64,000 nt of DNA from Gemmatimonadales bacterium (GTDB taxonomy: Bacteria; Gemmatimonadota; Gemmatimonadetes; Gemmatimonadales; GWC2-71-9). Position 1 is the first letter of the stretch. Every line of letters starts with the position of its first letter. The notes under the pieces are model-generated. The model was not told the origin of the DNA. It searched no databases and saw only the letters and a program-made list of their open reading frames with translations. The stretch spans positions 1 to 64,000 of the forward strand of contig JBFJCP010000003.1 of the NCBI GenBank assembly GCA_041615815.1, written 5' to 3'. A program made the translations under genes and the position numbers. This document shows positions 40,093 to 50,007 of this stretch, piece after piece.

Positions 40093-42044
40093 GGTATCTC
40101 CTTTTGCACACCAACGCCGTCGACCTCGGCCCTATCGCGGCCGCGCTGGCAGCGGAAGAGATCGAAACCTGCCTAGTGCATCCGAGCGAGGCCCTCCGGA
40201 TCGGAGAACGACCCACCGTCCTGGTTCTGGACGTGGCGGAATGGACCTCCTTCCATGCGGAGGATCTGCGCCGCTTCGTGGCGGCCGGAGGCTCGGTGCT
40301 GGCGATCGGCGCGCAACATAGCGACGACGTCCCGCCGGCGATCCCCGAAGACCTTCTGGCCGCGTTCGTCTCTCGACCGTACGGCCGCCGCCAGCTCCTG
40401 GTGGCCCTGCGGTCCGCCTACCGTGAAGCAGCAGCTCGACGGGACAGCCTGCGATCCCGCGAGGAAGCCGTGACCCGCACTCGAGAGCTCGGTGAGCTCA
40501 CCCGTATCGGTATGGCCCTGGCCACCGAGCGAGACTACAACACGCTGCTCGATCTCATTCTCTCCCAAGCGCTGGAGATCACGGGATCCGACGCCGGGAG
40601 CTTGTATCTGGTGGAGGGCGGCGAGGCGGACGATGAGGGTACCGAGACCGAGCGTACGCTCCACTTCAAGCTCGCCCAGAACCACTCGCGGCCGGAAATC
40701 CCGTTTATCACGCACACCATTGCCCTGGACCGTGCGAGCATCGCCGGGTACGTCGCGACCACCGGCGAACCGCTGGTGCTGGATGACGCCTATGTGCTGC
40801 CCGAGGGAGTCGAGTATTCCATCAACCGGTCCTTCGACGAGACCTACGGGTACCGGACGCGATCGATGCTGACGATTCCCATGAAGGACCACAAGGATGA
40901 GGTGATCGGCGTGCTTCAGCTCATCAACCGCAAGCGTCATCCCGACGCGAAGCTCCGATCACCCGAGGACTTCGATGCCGAGGTCATTCCGTACTCGGGC
41001 CGCCTGGTGGAGCTGGTGTCAGCGCTCGCCGGCCAGGCGGCAGTCTCCATCGAGAACAGCCAATTGTACGAGGACATCGAGCGCCTGTTCGAAGGATTCG
41101 TGCGGGCGGCCGTCACCGCCATCGAGCAACGGGACCCCACCACCTATGGCCATTCGGGGCGGGTGGCCTCCATGACGGTGGGGCTGGCCGAGGCTGTGGA
41201 TCGTGCTCCGGTTGGAACGTACCGCGATGTCGGTTTCACTCGGGAGGAGATCCGGGAAATCCGCTACGCAGGCCTGCTGCACGACTTCGGGAAGGTGGGC
41301 GTGCGGGAGCAGGTGCTGGTCAAGGCGAAGAAGCTCTACCCTCGCGAGCTCGCGCTGATCAAGCAGCGTCACGCCTTCATCCGGCGCACGGCCGAGCGGG
41401 AGTTCTACCGGCAGCGAACGGAGTACTTGGAACGGCACGGTCGGCAACAATACGATGAGTTCCGAGCCCAACTCGAGGACGAGCATCGGAAGCAGCTCGC
41501 CGAGCTGGACCACTTCATGCAAGTGGTGGCCGATGCCAATGAGCCGTCCCTCCTTCCGGCCGGCACCTTCGAGGAGCTAATCCAACTGGCCGAGCGCCAC
41601 TACGAGGACCTCGACGGACAAGAGCGCCCCTACCTCACCGACGACGAGATTCGGTTCCTGACGATTCGCAAGGGCAGCCTGGATGACGCTGAGCGCCTCG
41701 AGATCGAGAGTCACGTCACCCACACGTATCGTTTTCTCCGACAGATCCCGTGGACCAAGGAGCTCCGGGAGATCCCACGCATCGCCTACGGACACCACGA
41801 GAAGCTCGATGGGAGTGGGTATCCGCGTCGCGTGACGGGCACCCAGATTCCCATTCAGACGCGCATGATGACCGTTGCCGATATCTACGACGCCCTCACC
41901 GCATCGGACCGGCCGTACAAGCGCGCGGTACCGAGCGATCGCGCGCTGGCAATTATCGCGAGCGAGGTGGAAGGTGGGATGCTGGACGCGGACCTGGTGA
42001 AGCTCTTTATCGACGCAAAGGTGTTTCAGCGGACCGACGCGTAG
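40089..42044 (+). CDS. GAF + HD-GYP cyclic-dinucleotide phosphodiesterase
   Basis: GAF (GSLYL, IGVLQLINRK), RDP.T.GHS.RV, LLHDFGK, HHEKLDGSGYP, DIYDALT..RPYK. Confidence 0.9.
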   Translation: MRYLLLHTNAVDLGPIAAALAAEEIETCLVHPSEALRIGERPTVLVLDVAEWTSFHAEDLRRFVAAGGSVLAIGAQHSDDVPPAIPEDLLAAFVSRPYGRRQLLVALRSAYREAAARRDSLRSREEAVTRTRELGELTRIGMALATERDYNTLLDLILSQALEITGSDAGSLYLVEGGEADDEGTETERTLHFKLAQNHSRPEIPFITHTIALDRASIAGYVATTGEPLVLDDAYVLPEGVEYSINRSFDETYGYRTRSMLTIPMKDHKDEVIGVLQLINRKRHPDAKLRSPEDFDAEVIPYSGRLVELVSALAGQAAVSIENSQLYEDIERLFEGFVRAAVTAIEQRDPTTYGHSGRVASMTVGLAEAVDRAPVGTYRDVGFTREEIREIRYAGLLHDFGKVGVREQVLVKAKKLYPRELALIKQRHAFIRRTAEREFYRQRTEYLERHGRQQYDEFRAQLEDEHRKQLAELDHFMQVVADANEPSLLPAGTFEELIQLAERHYEDLDGQERPYLTDDEIRFLTIRKGSLDDAERLEIESHVTHTYRFLRQIPWTKELREIPRIAYGHHEKLDGSGYPRRVTGTQIPIQTRMMTVADIYDALTASDRPYKRAVPSDRALAIIASEVEGGMLDADLVKLFIDAKVFQRTDA

Positions 42045-43569
42045 GAGCGCTACCCCACCCACCACCACCGGGTGTTTCGACCCGGAGCACATCCCCCGGA
42101 AGCAGGGTCACCGCCGCTCTGGCGCGCACGGCCTTCCCGTTCACGAGATTCCGCCCGACCTCCCCGTCGTCGCCCCCGTCCATTCCCCGCGGCGGATGGC
42201 GACGACGATCCGTGAGCAGACTCACCTCGACCTCTTGTAAGGCCTGGTATTCTCTGACCACTCCATCACCACCGGGATGCCGGCCGGCGCCGCCACTGCC
42301 CGGACGCAATCCGTACGTCCGCACGATGACCGGGTGTTCCAGCTCGAGAACCTCGATCGGCGTATTTCGAGTGTTGGACATTCCCACGTGCACCCCCGAC
42401 GGTCCCGGTCCCACCGCGGACGCCCCCTGCCCACCACCGAGGGTCTCGTAGTACGTCCACCCGGCACCACCCAAGACGATGTTATTCATCGTTCCCTGGC
42501 CCTGCGCCGGAACTGCCGCCCCGCGCGATAGCGCGAGGAACAGCACGTCGGCGATGCGCTGGGACGTTTCGACATTGCCGGCCACGACGGCCCTCGGCCA
42601 CGGCGCATTCACCACCGATCCCTCCGGTGCCACGACCTCCACGACCCGATGGAATCCTCCATTGGTGGGAAGCGCTTCGCCCACGAGACACCGGGCAACG
42701 AAGAGCGCCCCCGAACGCGTCACCGACAGCGGGCAGTTCACATTTCCACGGACCGCGTCATCGGATCCGGAGAAATCACACCGCAGCCCCCCATCTCGTA
42801 CCTCCACCGCCACCCGAATCGTGACATCGTCTTCGGTCACCCCATCCCCCTCCAATCGATCCTCCGCCGTGTAGACGCCTGCGCGCACGCGATCACGGAT
42901 GGCGGCCCGGGCCTGACGCTCGGCATAGTCGAAGAGATCCCGCACAGCCTGCTCGACCCCCAGCAGCCCGTACCGGGCCACCAGCTCCCGATACCGTTCC
43001 GCTCCACGCTCACAAGCGGCCAGCTGGGCCGCGAGGTCGCCTCGGCGCACCTCGGGTGTACGCACATTGGCGAGGATCAGGCGCTCGAGATCCACTTGCC
43101 GAACACCGCCCACCGTCCACCGTACTGGCGGGATGATCAGTCCCTCCTGAAAGATCTCCGTGGAGTGCGGCGGCATGCTGCCCGGCCGCACCCCACCCAC
43201 ATCCGAGTGGTGCGCCCGGACGACCGTGTAGCCGGCCACCGCGCGGTTCAGTTCGATCGCATGGACTAGCGTGATGTCCGGAAGGTGGGTTCCGCCCGCA
43301 TAGGGATCGTTAATGACATAGGTGTCGCCGGGCCCCGGAGCGAGCGAGCGCACGGCCGTCACCGCCTCCGGCATCGCCCCCAGGTGCACCGGAATGTGCG
43401 CGGCCTGCGCCACCATCTCGCCGTCTGCCGTAAACAGCGCCGCGGACGAGTCCCGTCGTTCCCGGATGTTGGGTGAAAGCGCGCTGGACACCAGGACCGC
43501 TCCCATCTCTTCGGCAATCCCGGCAAAGGCGTGGGCCATGACTCTCAGCCCGACGGCATCGAGCGTCAC
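42007..43569 (-). CDS. Hydantoinase B / 5-oxoprolinase subunit B
   Basis: SPNIRERRD, HIPVHLG, NDPY.GGTHLPD, GTMNN, TPGGGG; GTGA overlap at start. Confidence 0.9.
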   Translation of the reverse strand: MTLDAVGLRVMAHAFAGIAEEMGAVLVSSALSPNIRERRDSSAALFTADGEMVAQAAHIPVHLGAMPEAVTAVRSLAPGPGDTYVINDPYAGGTHLPDITLVHAIELNRAVAGYTVVRAHHSDVGGVRPGSMPPHSTEIFQEGLIIPPVRWTVGGVRQVDLERLILANVRTPEVRRGDLAAQLAACERGAERYRELVARYGLLGVEQAVRDLFDYAERQARAAIRDRVRAGVYTAEDRLEGDGVTEDDVTIRVAVEVRDGGLRCDFSGSDDAVRGNVNCPLSVTRSGALFVARCLVGEALPTNGGFHRVVEVVAPEGSVVNAPWPRAVVAGNVETSQRIADVLFLALSRGAAVPAQGQGTMNNIVLGGAGWTYYETLGGGQGASAVGPGPSGVHVGMSNTRNTPIEVLELEHPVIVRTYGLRPGSGGAGRHPGGDGVVREYQALQEVEVSLLTDRRRHPPRGMDGGDDGEVGRNLVNGKAVRARAAVTLLPGDVLRVETPGGGGWGSAPTRRSAETPLRR

Positions 43570-45509
43570 GAACGCTCCACGACCAAGCTTCCACTCTCGT
43601 GCACGGTACCGGCCCACCCCGCCTCGATGCGCACCGTGGCGTCGCGACCGTCCAGCATGACCGGACCAGGGAAACGCGCCCCGGGCGTCAGGTCATCCAG
43701 CCCCGCGCGGCCCGATCCCGAACCGGCACTCCTGGCCCCATTGCTTGCGCGCAGCCGCACCGCCTCGGCATGACCGACAGAGACCAGCCGGAGGTTCACG
43801 ACTTCCACCGGCCGGTCCAGATCCGCATGGCCATACCGCGCTCGATGTACACGATGAAATGCCTCGGCAATGGATGCACCGGGTCCGGTCACGGGCACGG
43901 CGAGCTCGTAGCCTTGACCCGGGTAGCGACAATCGGCCATGCGCACGTGTCTCCCCTCGGGTAGCTCGCGACGGGCTTCGGCCTCGAGGTCGCGATACGC
44001 GGTATCCAAAGCTCGCGCCGTGAGGCCCGCCGCCGTGCGATGCAGCGACTCCACCCACTCGAGCTTCTCCGGAGCGGCAGCGAGCCCAAGGGCGGACAGC
44101 ACTCCCGGATGGGGAGGAATCAGTGTACGGGTGATGCCCAGTGATTCGGCCATGCGACACGCAAAGAGGGCGCCGGCACCCCCAAACGGGACCAATGTCA
44201 TGCGCCGAGGGTCAATGCCGCGTTCGACACTGACCCGCCGGAGGGCGCGAACCATGGCGGCGTTGGCGATCTCGATTATCCCTTCGGCACACCGCGCCAC
44301 CGTCAAACCCGCCGGCTTGGCCACACCGAGCAGCGCGGCATGGGCCAGCGACGGGTCGAGGGGGAGTTTGTCCGCGAGCGGTCGGTCGGGATCCAGCCAC
44401 CCGAGGACGAGTGCGGCATCGGTGACCGTGGGCTCCTCCCCACCCTGGCCGTAACAGGCGGGGCCCGGAACCGCTCCGGCGCTCCTGGGCCCAACCCGAA
44501 GTGCCCCCCCACGGTCCAGCCATGCGATGCTGCCCCCCCCAGCGCCGACGGTCTCGATCAGCACGTGTGGAAGGGCCACGGGAACGCCCCCCACAACACC
44601 ACCGGGTTCGGTGAGCGGATGGCCGCCCACGATGACACTCGCATCGGCACTGGTCCCGCCCATGTCGAGCGTGAGGAGATCACCGATTCCCACGGCGTCG
44701 CCGACGAGCCGCGCACCCTCCACGCCGCCGGCTGGCCCGGACAGCGCGAGACTCGCCGCTCGCACGCACGCCTGGTCCGACCGCATGGTCCCACCGTTCG
44801 AGGCCATGATGCGGAAATACGCAAACCCCTGGCTTTGGGCGTCACGACTCATGCGGTCGAGGTACGTCGATACCGCCGGACGGAGGTAGGCTTCCGCCGT
44901 GGTGGTACTCGCGCGTTCGTACTCGCGAAAGACGGGCAACACGGCATGACTGGCGGCGACAGGAACGGAGGGGAGCGCGCGCTGCAGCGCCGCGCACAGC
45001 GCCTGTTCGTGTCGCGCATCCCGAAACGAAAAGAGGAGACACACCGCGACCGCCATCGGTTCGCATGCGGCAACTGCAGCCACCACGCGATTGATCTCTC
45101 CGACGTCCAGGGGAACCAGCACATCCGTGGGCCCCATCCGCTCACGCACGCCCACGACATCGGACCGCGCGACGAGCGGCGGTGGGTGATCCTGCGAGAG
45201 GTCGTACAGGGCGGCTCGATCCTGCCGTCGCAGCCAGAGAAGGTCCTCGAAGCCGGCAGTGGTCACCAGGACCACTCGCCCGCCTGTCCGCTCCAGCAGG
45301 GCATTGGTGGCCACCGTGGTGCCGTGGATGAGCGCCGGCTCTCCGCGCTGTTCGGGGACGAGACCGCGGAGCCTGGTCCACAGGGTGGCTGGCACTCCAC
45401 CAGGCGCCGACCGCACTTTGTCCACGGCGATGGCGCCGGAGAGCGCAACGAGGTCGGTAAACGTGCCACCGACATCCACACCGTACCGAACTACGGACGG
45501 GGACGCCAC
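43566..45509 (-). CDS. Hydantoinase A / 5-oxoprolinase subunit A
   Basis: DVGGTFTD, HGTTVATN, SGPAGG, DMGGTS, GAGGGS, GPACYG; start approximate. Confidence 0.9.
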   Translation of the reverse strand: MASPSVVRYGVDVGGTFTDLVALSGAIAVDKVRSAPGGVPATLWTRLRGLVPEQRGEPALIHGTTVATNALLERTGGRVVLVTTAGFEDLLWLRRQDRAALYDLSQDHPPPLVARSDVVGVRERMGPTDVLVPLDVGEINRVVAAVAACEPMAVAVCLLFSFRDARHEQALCAALQRALPSVPVAASHAVLPVFREYERASTTTAEAYLRPAVSTYLDRMSRDAQSQGFAYFRIMASNGGTMRSDQACVRAASLALSGPAGGVEGARLVGDAVGIGDLLTLDMGGTSADASVIVGGHPLTEPGGVVGGVPVALPHVLIETVGAGGGSIAWLDRGGALRVGPRSAGAVPGPACYGQGGEEPTVTDAALVLGWLDPDRPLADKLPLDPSLAHAALLGVAKPAGLTVARCAEGIIEIANAAMVRALRRVSVERGIDPRRMTLVPFGGAGALFACRMAESLGITRTLIPPHPGVLSALGLAAAPEKLEWVESLHRTAAGLTARALDTAYRDLEAEARRELPEGRHVRMADCRYPGQGYELAVPVTGPGASIAEAFHRVHRARYGHADLDRPVEVVNLRLVSVGHAEAVRLRASNGARSAGSGSGRAGLDDLTPGARFPGPVMLDGRDATVRIEAGWAGTVHESGSLVVERS

Positions 45510-47023
45510 AGGGCCACTCCGGCGAGCAACGCCGAGAGGAGTACCACCCCCCACCCCACCCAGTCGCCGAGCCGTACGTACGGCGGGACCGCACTCGAGG
45601 TCACGAGATCGTCCACCACGAACGTCCGCTCCCCCAACCGGGTCACCGCGTACGTACGTCCAAGCGGATCCACGAACTCGGAGATCCCGGTGTTCCCAGC
45701 GCGGGCCACACCCATGCGATTCTCGATAGCACGCATCACCAAGTGAGCCGCATGCTGGTACGGTGCGCTCGTCTCCTCGAACCAGGCGTCGTTCGTGATG
45801 TTCACGATGAAATCGGCACCGCGCCGTCGATAGTCGCGGCTCAGGTCTTCGAACGCCGACTCGTAGCAGATAAGCACGCCGAATCGACCAATGGCAACCC
45901 TATAGACGGGCCCCGGCGCCCCCGCGCCGAAGCCGCCGAACCATCGCAGATCCAACCAGCGGGGATTGAAAAAGGGGACCCGCTCGACAATCGGGACCAG
46001 ATACCGCTTGTGATACACCGGCTGGGTGTCGTAGCGCCCCAGCGAATCGAAGAGGAACGCCGAGTTGTAGTACTCGTAATCCTCTCGCGTCTCGAAGATG
46101 ACGTCGTACCCGCCCACGACCAGGGGCGTCCGCGCCGACCGGGCATGCCCGCTGATCAGCTGCTTCCACGCGCGACGTCGGAAGAAGTAGTCTGGGACGG
46201 CCGCTTCGGGCCACACAACGAGATCGACGGCCTCTGTCGCAACGGCTTCGCGGGACAACCCAACGAGCGCCCGCACGATGGAGTCCTGTTGTTCACCCTC
46301 CCACTTTGCGTCGAACCCCACCGCCGGCTGCACGAGCGCCACGCGACCCAGAGTTTCCACGGGAAGGGTCCGCATCCGCCACATCCCATAGAGCCCCACC
46401 CCTGCCGTGGTGACCACTACGACGGCAGCCAACAGGCCGGCTCGCTTACGGTCGCGTCGCGCGAGCCACCCGAGGGCGAGGGTTACGTTGGCGAGGACGA
46501 GCAGCAATGTGACGCCGCGGGCACCGATCACATCGGCGATCTGGACCAAGACCGGGAACCCGGTGAGCGAGGTACCCAGACCCAGCCACGGGAAACGCAG
46601 GTCGCCCAAGTGCCCGATGAGCCACTCCAGCGTGGTCCACAGCACGGGGAACACGAGGGCCAGGGAGGCACCGGTGCGTGCGGGGATCCAGCCTGCGAGG
46701 GCAAACAGCACCGAAGTGAACAAGCCGAGGACCACAATCGTGGCGGCGTAGCCCAACGCCGAGAGCCAGGTGAAGTGCCAGAGCGCGATCACCATCCAAT
46801 ACAGCACGAGACCGTTGGTGGTGAGACCGAACCAGAAGCCCTGCACCAAGCGACGCCGGAGCGGTCGGGAATCGTCGGCTCCCGCCACCACCAGCAACAC
46901 CGCTGGGATCAGACAGGTAAACGAGGGAATGAGGGGGTGAAACGGTGGGTAGGCGAGCACCATGAGCAGGGCGCCGGCCAGGACCAGCCACCAATCCGTC
47001 CTCGGCAGCGCGAGGGATCTCAC
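45491..47023 (-). CDS. lnt: Apolipoprotein N-acyltransferase
   Basis: FPW, WPE, YNS, K..LVP..E, ICYE, TNDAWF, RAIE, NTGIS. Confidence 0.93.
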   Translation of the reverse strand: MRSLALPRTDWWLVLAGALLMVLAYPPFHPLIPSFTCLIPAVLLVVAGADDSRPLRRRLVQGFWFGLTTNGLVLYWMVIALWHFTWLSALGYAATIVVLGLFTSVLFALAGWIPARTGASLALVFPVLWTTLEWLIGHLGDLRFPWLGLGTSLTGFPVLVQIADVIGARGVTLLLVLANVTLALGWLARRDRKRAGLLAAVVVVTTAGVGLYGMWRMRTLPVETLGRVALVQPAVGFDAKWEGEQQDSIVRALVGLSREAVATEAVDLVVWPEAAVPDYFFRRRAWKQLISGHARSARTPLVVGGYDVIFETREDYEYYNSAFLFDSLGRYDTQPVYHKRYLVPIVERVPFFNPRWLDLRWFGGFGAGAPGPVYRVAIGRFGVLICYESAFEDLSRDYRRRGADFIVNITNDAWFEETSAPYQHAAHLVMRAIENRMGVARAGNTGISEFVDPLGRTYAVTRLGERTFVVDDLVTSSAVPPYVRLGDWVGWGVVLLSALLAGVALWRPRP

Positions 47024-48036
47024 AGCTCGATGGCGCGGCCTTCCGCGACGGATTCGCCAATAGCCTCCATCGTACGGTGGAGTACGATTTGTTCGTCCAA
47101 GCCTGGATGTTCCGTCTTGCCTCGGACGACATCCAAGAAGTGCGACCACTCGGCCCGATACGAGTGACTCAGAGCATCTTCCCGTGCCTGGGAACCCGTT
47201 GGGGTGACGTTCATCGGAGTCCCGTGAATCTCCTTGAACACCCGCAGGGGTCCGATGGTACCCGACCCATCGGACCCCATCACCTCGAACCAGAACCGTT
47301 CCTGCTGCCCGACGTGGTGCCAGGTCACATCGACGACGATCGAGAGGCCCTCTTCGCACAGAATCATGGCCCCGGCCGCATCCTCGACCGCGCTACCACG
47401 CCTCGGTTCGCTGTACCAACCTGTCACGAGCTTGGGCTTGGGACACGCTGCGATCCACAGGGCCAAGTCCACCAGCGGAAGACCCAAGTCGAACATGGCG
47501 CCTCCGCCCGATTGGGCGTGCCGGACCCGCCAGCCCGCCAGTTGGCCCGCCGGGCGCCAGATATACCAACCGGTGCGGATAGCCCGCAACGATCCCAGTT
47601 CGCCGCCCTTGATAAACTCCAATAGCCCCTGGACGTCGCTGCGAAACCGATAGTTCATCCCCACCATCACCACTCGCTTCGCGCGCTCCGATGCCGCGAT
47701 GACCTCTCGCACCCCCGCTGTGTGCAGCGCCAGGGGTCGCTCGCAGAACACGTGCGCTCCCGCCGACAACGCTGTCAGCACGTGCACGCGATGCAGGTGG
47801 TTGGGCGTGCAGACTACCACGACATCCGGGCGGCCGTACTCCAGCAGCGGTTCGATGTCGTCATACACATCCGGGATGTCAAAGCGTTTGGCCAAGGCTT
47901 GAGCCTTGGGCACATCGATATCCGCGAGGGCCACCAGCTCCACGTCCTCGAGACGGCTCAACACTCCCAGATGGGCAACCTGGGCAATGGCACCCGTGCC
48001 GATGACGCCGACGCGCACGGTGTTCCCCTCGCTCAT
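47020..48036 (-). CDS. Gfo/Idh/MocA oxidoreductase
   Basis: GVIGTGAIA, CTPN..H, CERP, GGGAMFDLG. Confidence 0.85.
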   Translation of the reverse strand: MSEGNTVRVGVIGTGAIAQVAHLGVLSRLEDVELVALADIDVPKAQALAKRFDIPDVYDDIEPLLEYGRPDVVVVCTPNHLHRVHVLTALSAGAHVFCERPLALHTAGVREVIAASERAKRVVMVGMNYRFRSDVQGLLEFIKGGELGSLRAIRTGWYIWRPAGQLAGWRVRHAQSGGGAMFDLGLPLVDLALWIAACPKPKLVTGWYSEPRRGSAVEDAAGAMILCEEGLSIVVDVTWHHVGQQERFWFEVMGSDGSGTIGPLRVFKEIHGTPMNVTPTGSQAREDALSHSYRAEWSHFLDVVRGKTEHPGLDEQIVLHRTMEAIGESVAEGRAIEL

Positions 48037-48773
48037 GGAGTAGTGCGACGTGGAACTCGAATCATCAGGCCCCCGCGGCCGGTGAGGGTGCGGAGCTCGC
48101 TGGACAATGCCGCACGGAGATCAGCGGTCAGAAATACCGGACCAGCCAGTGCCAGATGCGTTCCCGCCGAGACCGTCCCGGCGGCGGCGATCGTGTCCAG
48201 CGCATCGTCTACGAAGGTACCGTCGATAGCCGTTCCGCTGCCGTTTCGGAAGTGTATGGCAATTCCCAAACCGATATAGGGAACCACCCGGTTGGTGAAC
48301 GGGGCAACGTACTGCAGATCGAGGCTTGCCTCCAGGTCCGCCAAGGAAATGGTGCCGACGTCGATGGCGAAGTCTCCCGTGGGGTCATCCACTACTCCAC
48401 GAAGCCGGGTCTCGAACTCGGCGATACTCTCGCTGTCGAAGTCACCCTTGAAGTACGCCAGCCCAAACAGCAAGCGGATGTTGGGCGCGATGTATCCGTA
48501 ATCCACGCGAACCGCGCCCGTGGGCTCTGCCGTCAACCGATTCGAGCCGACCGCACCGAATTCGACCCCGATCCCCGAGAACCGAAGCCCCTCGTAGCTG
48601 AATTGGTCGAAGATCTGCTGAGCCGAGAGCGGTGGGGCAAGAAATACGAGCCCCAACAGGATCCACCCGAGCCCTCGTCCGGTAGCAGAGGCGGCAGCAT
48701 GCGGAGGAGGAGTCAACGCCTGCCGTCCGTGCCGCCTCTGCCTCTGCTGCGGTCCGTTAATACCACCGATCAA
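48033..48773 (-). CDS. Hypothetical outer-membrane beta-barrel-like protein
   Basis: Signal peptide (LSAQ), VPYIGLG strand; start uncertain. Confidence 0.55.
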   Translation of the reverse strand: MIGGINGPQQRQRRHGRQALTPPPHAAASATGRGLGWILLGLVFLAPPLSAQQIFDQFSYEGLRFSGIGVEFGAVGSNRLTAEPTGAVRVDYGYIAPNIRLLFGLAYFKGDFDSESIAEFETRLRGVVDDPTGDFAIDVGTISLADLEASLDLQYVAPFTNRVVPYIGLGIAIHFRNGSGTAIDGTFVDDALDTIAAAGTVSAGTHLALAGPVFLTADLRAALSSELRTLTGRGGLMIRVPRRTTP

Positions 48774-50007
48774 GTTTCGTCCCCGGGAAATAATTGGTCA
48801 AAATGGTCTCGCGATCCTGCCCCGCCCGAGCCCGACCGACGGCACCCCATTGGCACATCCCCACCCCATGTCCCCACCCCGCCCCCCGTGCTGTCAGCCG
48901 TTGGATCACCCCGTCGTTACCGTGGTTCGCGGTGAATTCCACCGCCGTGCTGCCGAGCAGACGTCCGGCTGGCTCGCGCAACACGGTCCGGAGGTCGGGA
49001 CCGAACACTGGAATCTCCCCCTTCCCCACACGGATCCTCAGCTCGGTCACCCGACCCGCATCGCTCCTCCGGCGGACGGTCACGTCCCGCACCGCATCGA
49101 CCACCTCCGCGTCCACGCCCATCACCGACGGCAACGTACGCCGTAATATATTGGCGAGTTCCGCACCGTCCCATTCGACCGTCCAGCGAAACCGGGGCGA
49201 GATGTCGCAGTAATACCCACCAGGACGACGATCCGACACTGAGCGGAGATAGCGACGTGGCCGTGCCGTGCGAAATGCCTCATCCGGTGCGGCCGTGGCG
49301 CCGCCACAGGTCGAATGGAAGAACGTGCTGATCAGCTCACCATCTTGGGTCAGCACGGTGCCGGCTGTTGCCCGCGTCGCGCGCCACGCCTGATCCGTCT
49401 CCGCCTTCACCCCCCCGTAGGCCTGGTCCGTCACCGTTGCCCGGAGGTCGAACCCTTCGCTCGCGAACTTCCCCAGGTTGTCGAGCGCATACGTCCGCGA
49501 TACGATCGCCTGTGCTTCGACCGCCGCTTGCTCCCCGGGTGCCCGTCGCCCCAGCTCCGCCGTTACCACCCCGGCCACATACGCCTCCAGCCCCACTTGG
49601 TTGACGGCGGTGACACCACCTTCGCGGGCGTAGACTTCGATGACACCTCGATACGCCACACCATCGACCTCGACAAATCGTCGATCGTCGAGACTCAGGA
49701 AGGTCAGCGATTCGAACCGACCGCTGGCGGCACCCGACACGACCAGCGTACGATCCGCCGCTTCGATACGGACAGCCTGGCCTTCAATGAGCCGAAACTC
49801 GGAGCCACCGCCACGCATGGCGGCCACCGCACCCTGCGCGGAGATCCGCACACCCTGGGCACGCACCACCACGCCCACGCGAACGTCTGGCTCATCGCCC
49901 GCCGTGCGGGCTGGCACTGTTGGCTTGGCGCAACCCGCCAGCGCCAGCAGGGCGCCGAGGCTAGGACCGACCGCTCTCGGCCAGAGCCTTCGCAAGCTTG
50001 TCAACAC
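48757..50007 (-). CDS. SpoIID/LytB-domain lipoprotein (lytic transglycosylase-like)
   Basis: LAGC lipobox, YRG, LEAYVAGVV.AE, AQAIVSRTY, DQAYGG, GWGHGVGMCQWGA. Confidence 0.9.
   Translation of the reverse strand: MLTSLRRLWPRAVGPSLGALLALAGCAKPTVPARTAGDEPDVRVGVVVRAQGVRISAQGAVAAMRGGGSEFRLIEGQAVRIEAADRTLVVSGAASGRFESLTFLSLDDRRFVEVDGVAYRGVIEVYAREGGVTAVNQVGLEAYVAGVVTAELGRRAPGEQAAVEAQAIVSRTYALDNLGKFASEGFDLRATVTDQAYGGVKAETDQAWRATRATAGTVLTQDGELISTFFHSTCGGATAAPDEAFRTARPRRYLRSVSDRRPGGYYCDISPRFRWTVEWDGAELANILRRTLPSVMGVDAEVVDAVRDVTVRRRSDAGRVTELRIRVGKGEIPVFGPDLRTVLREPAGRLLGSTAVEFTANHGNDGVIQRLTARGAGWGHGVGMCQWGAVGRARAGQDRETILTNYFPGTKLDRWY

Noticed and set aside
42007..42044. 38-nt convergent overlap of the HD-GYP and hydantoinase B 3' ends
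   Set aside because: Short tail overlaps are common in GC-rich genomes; both domains are complete before the overlap
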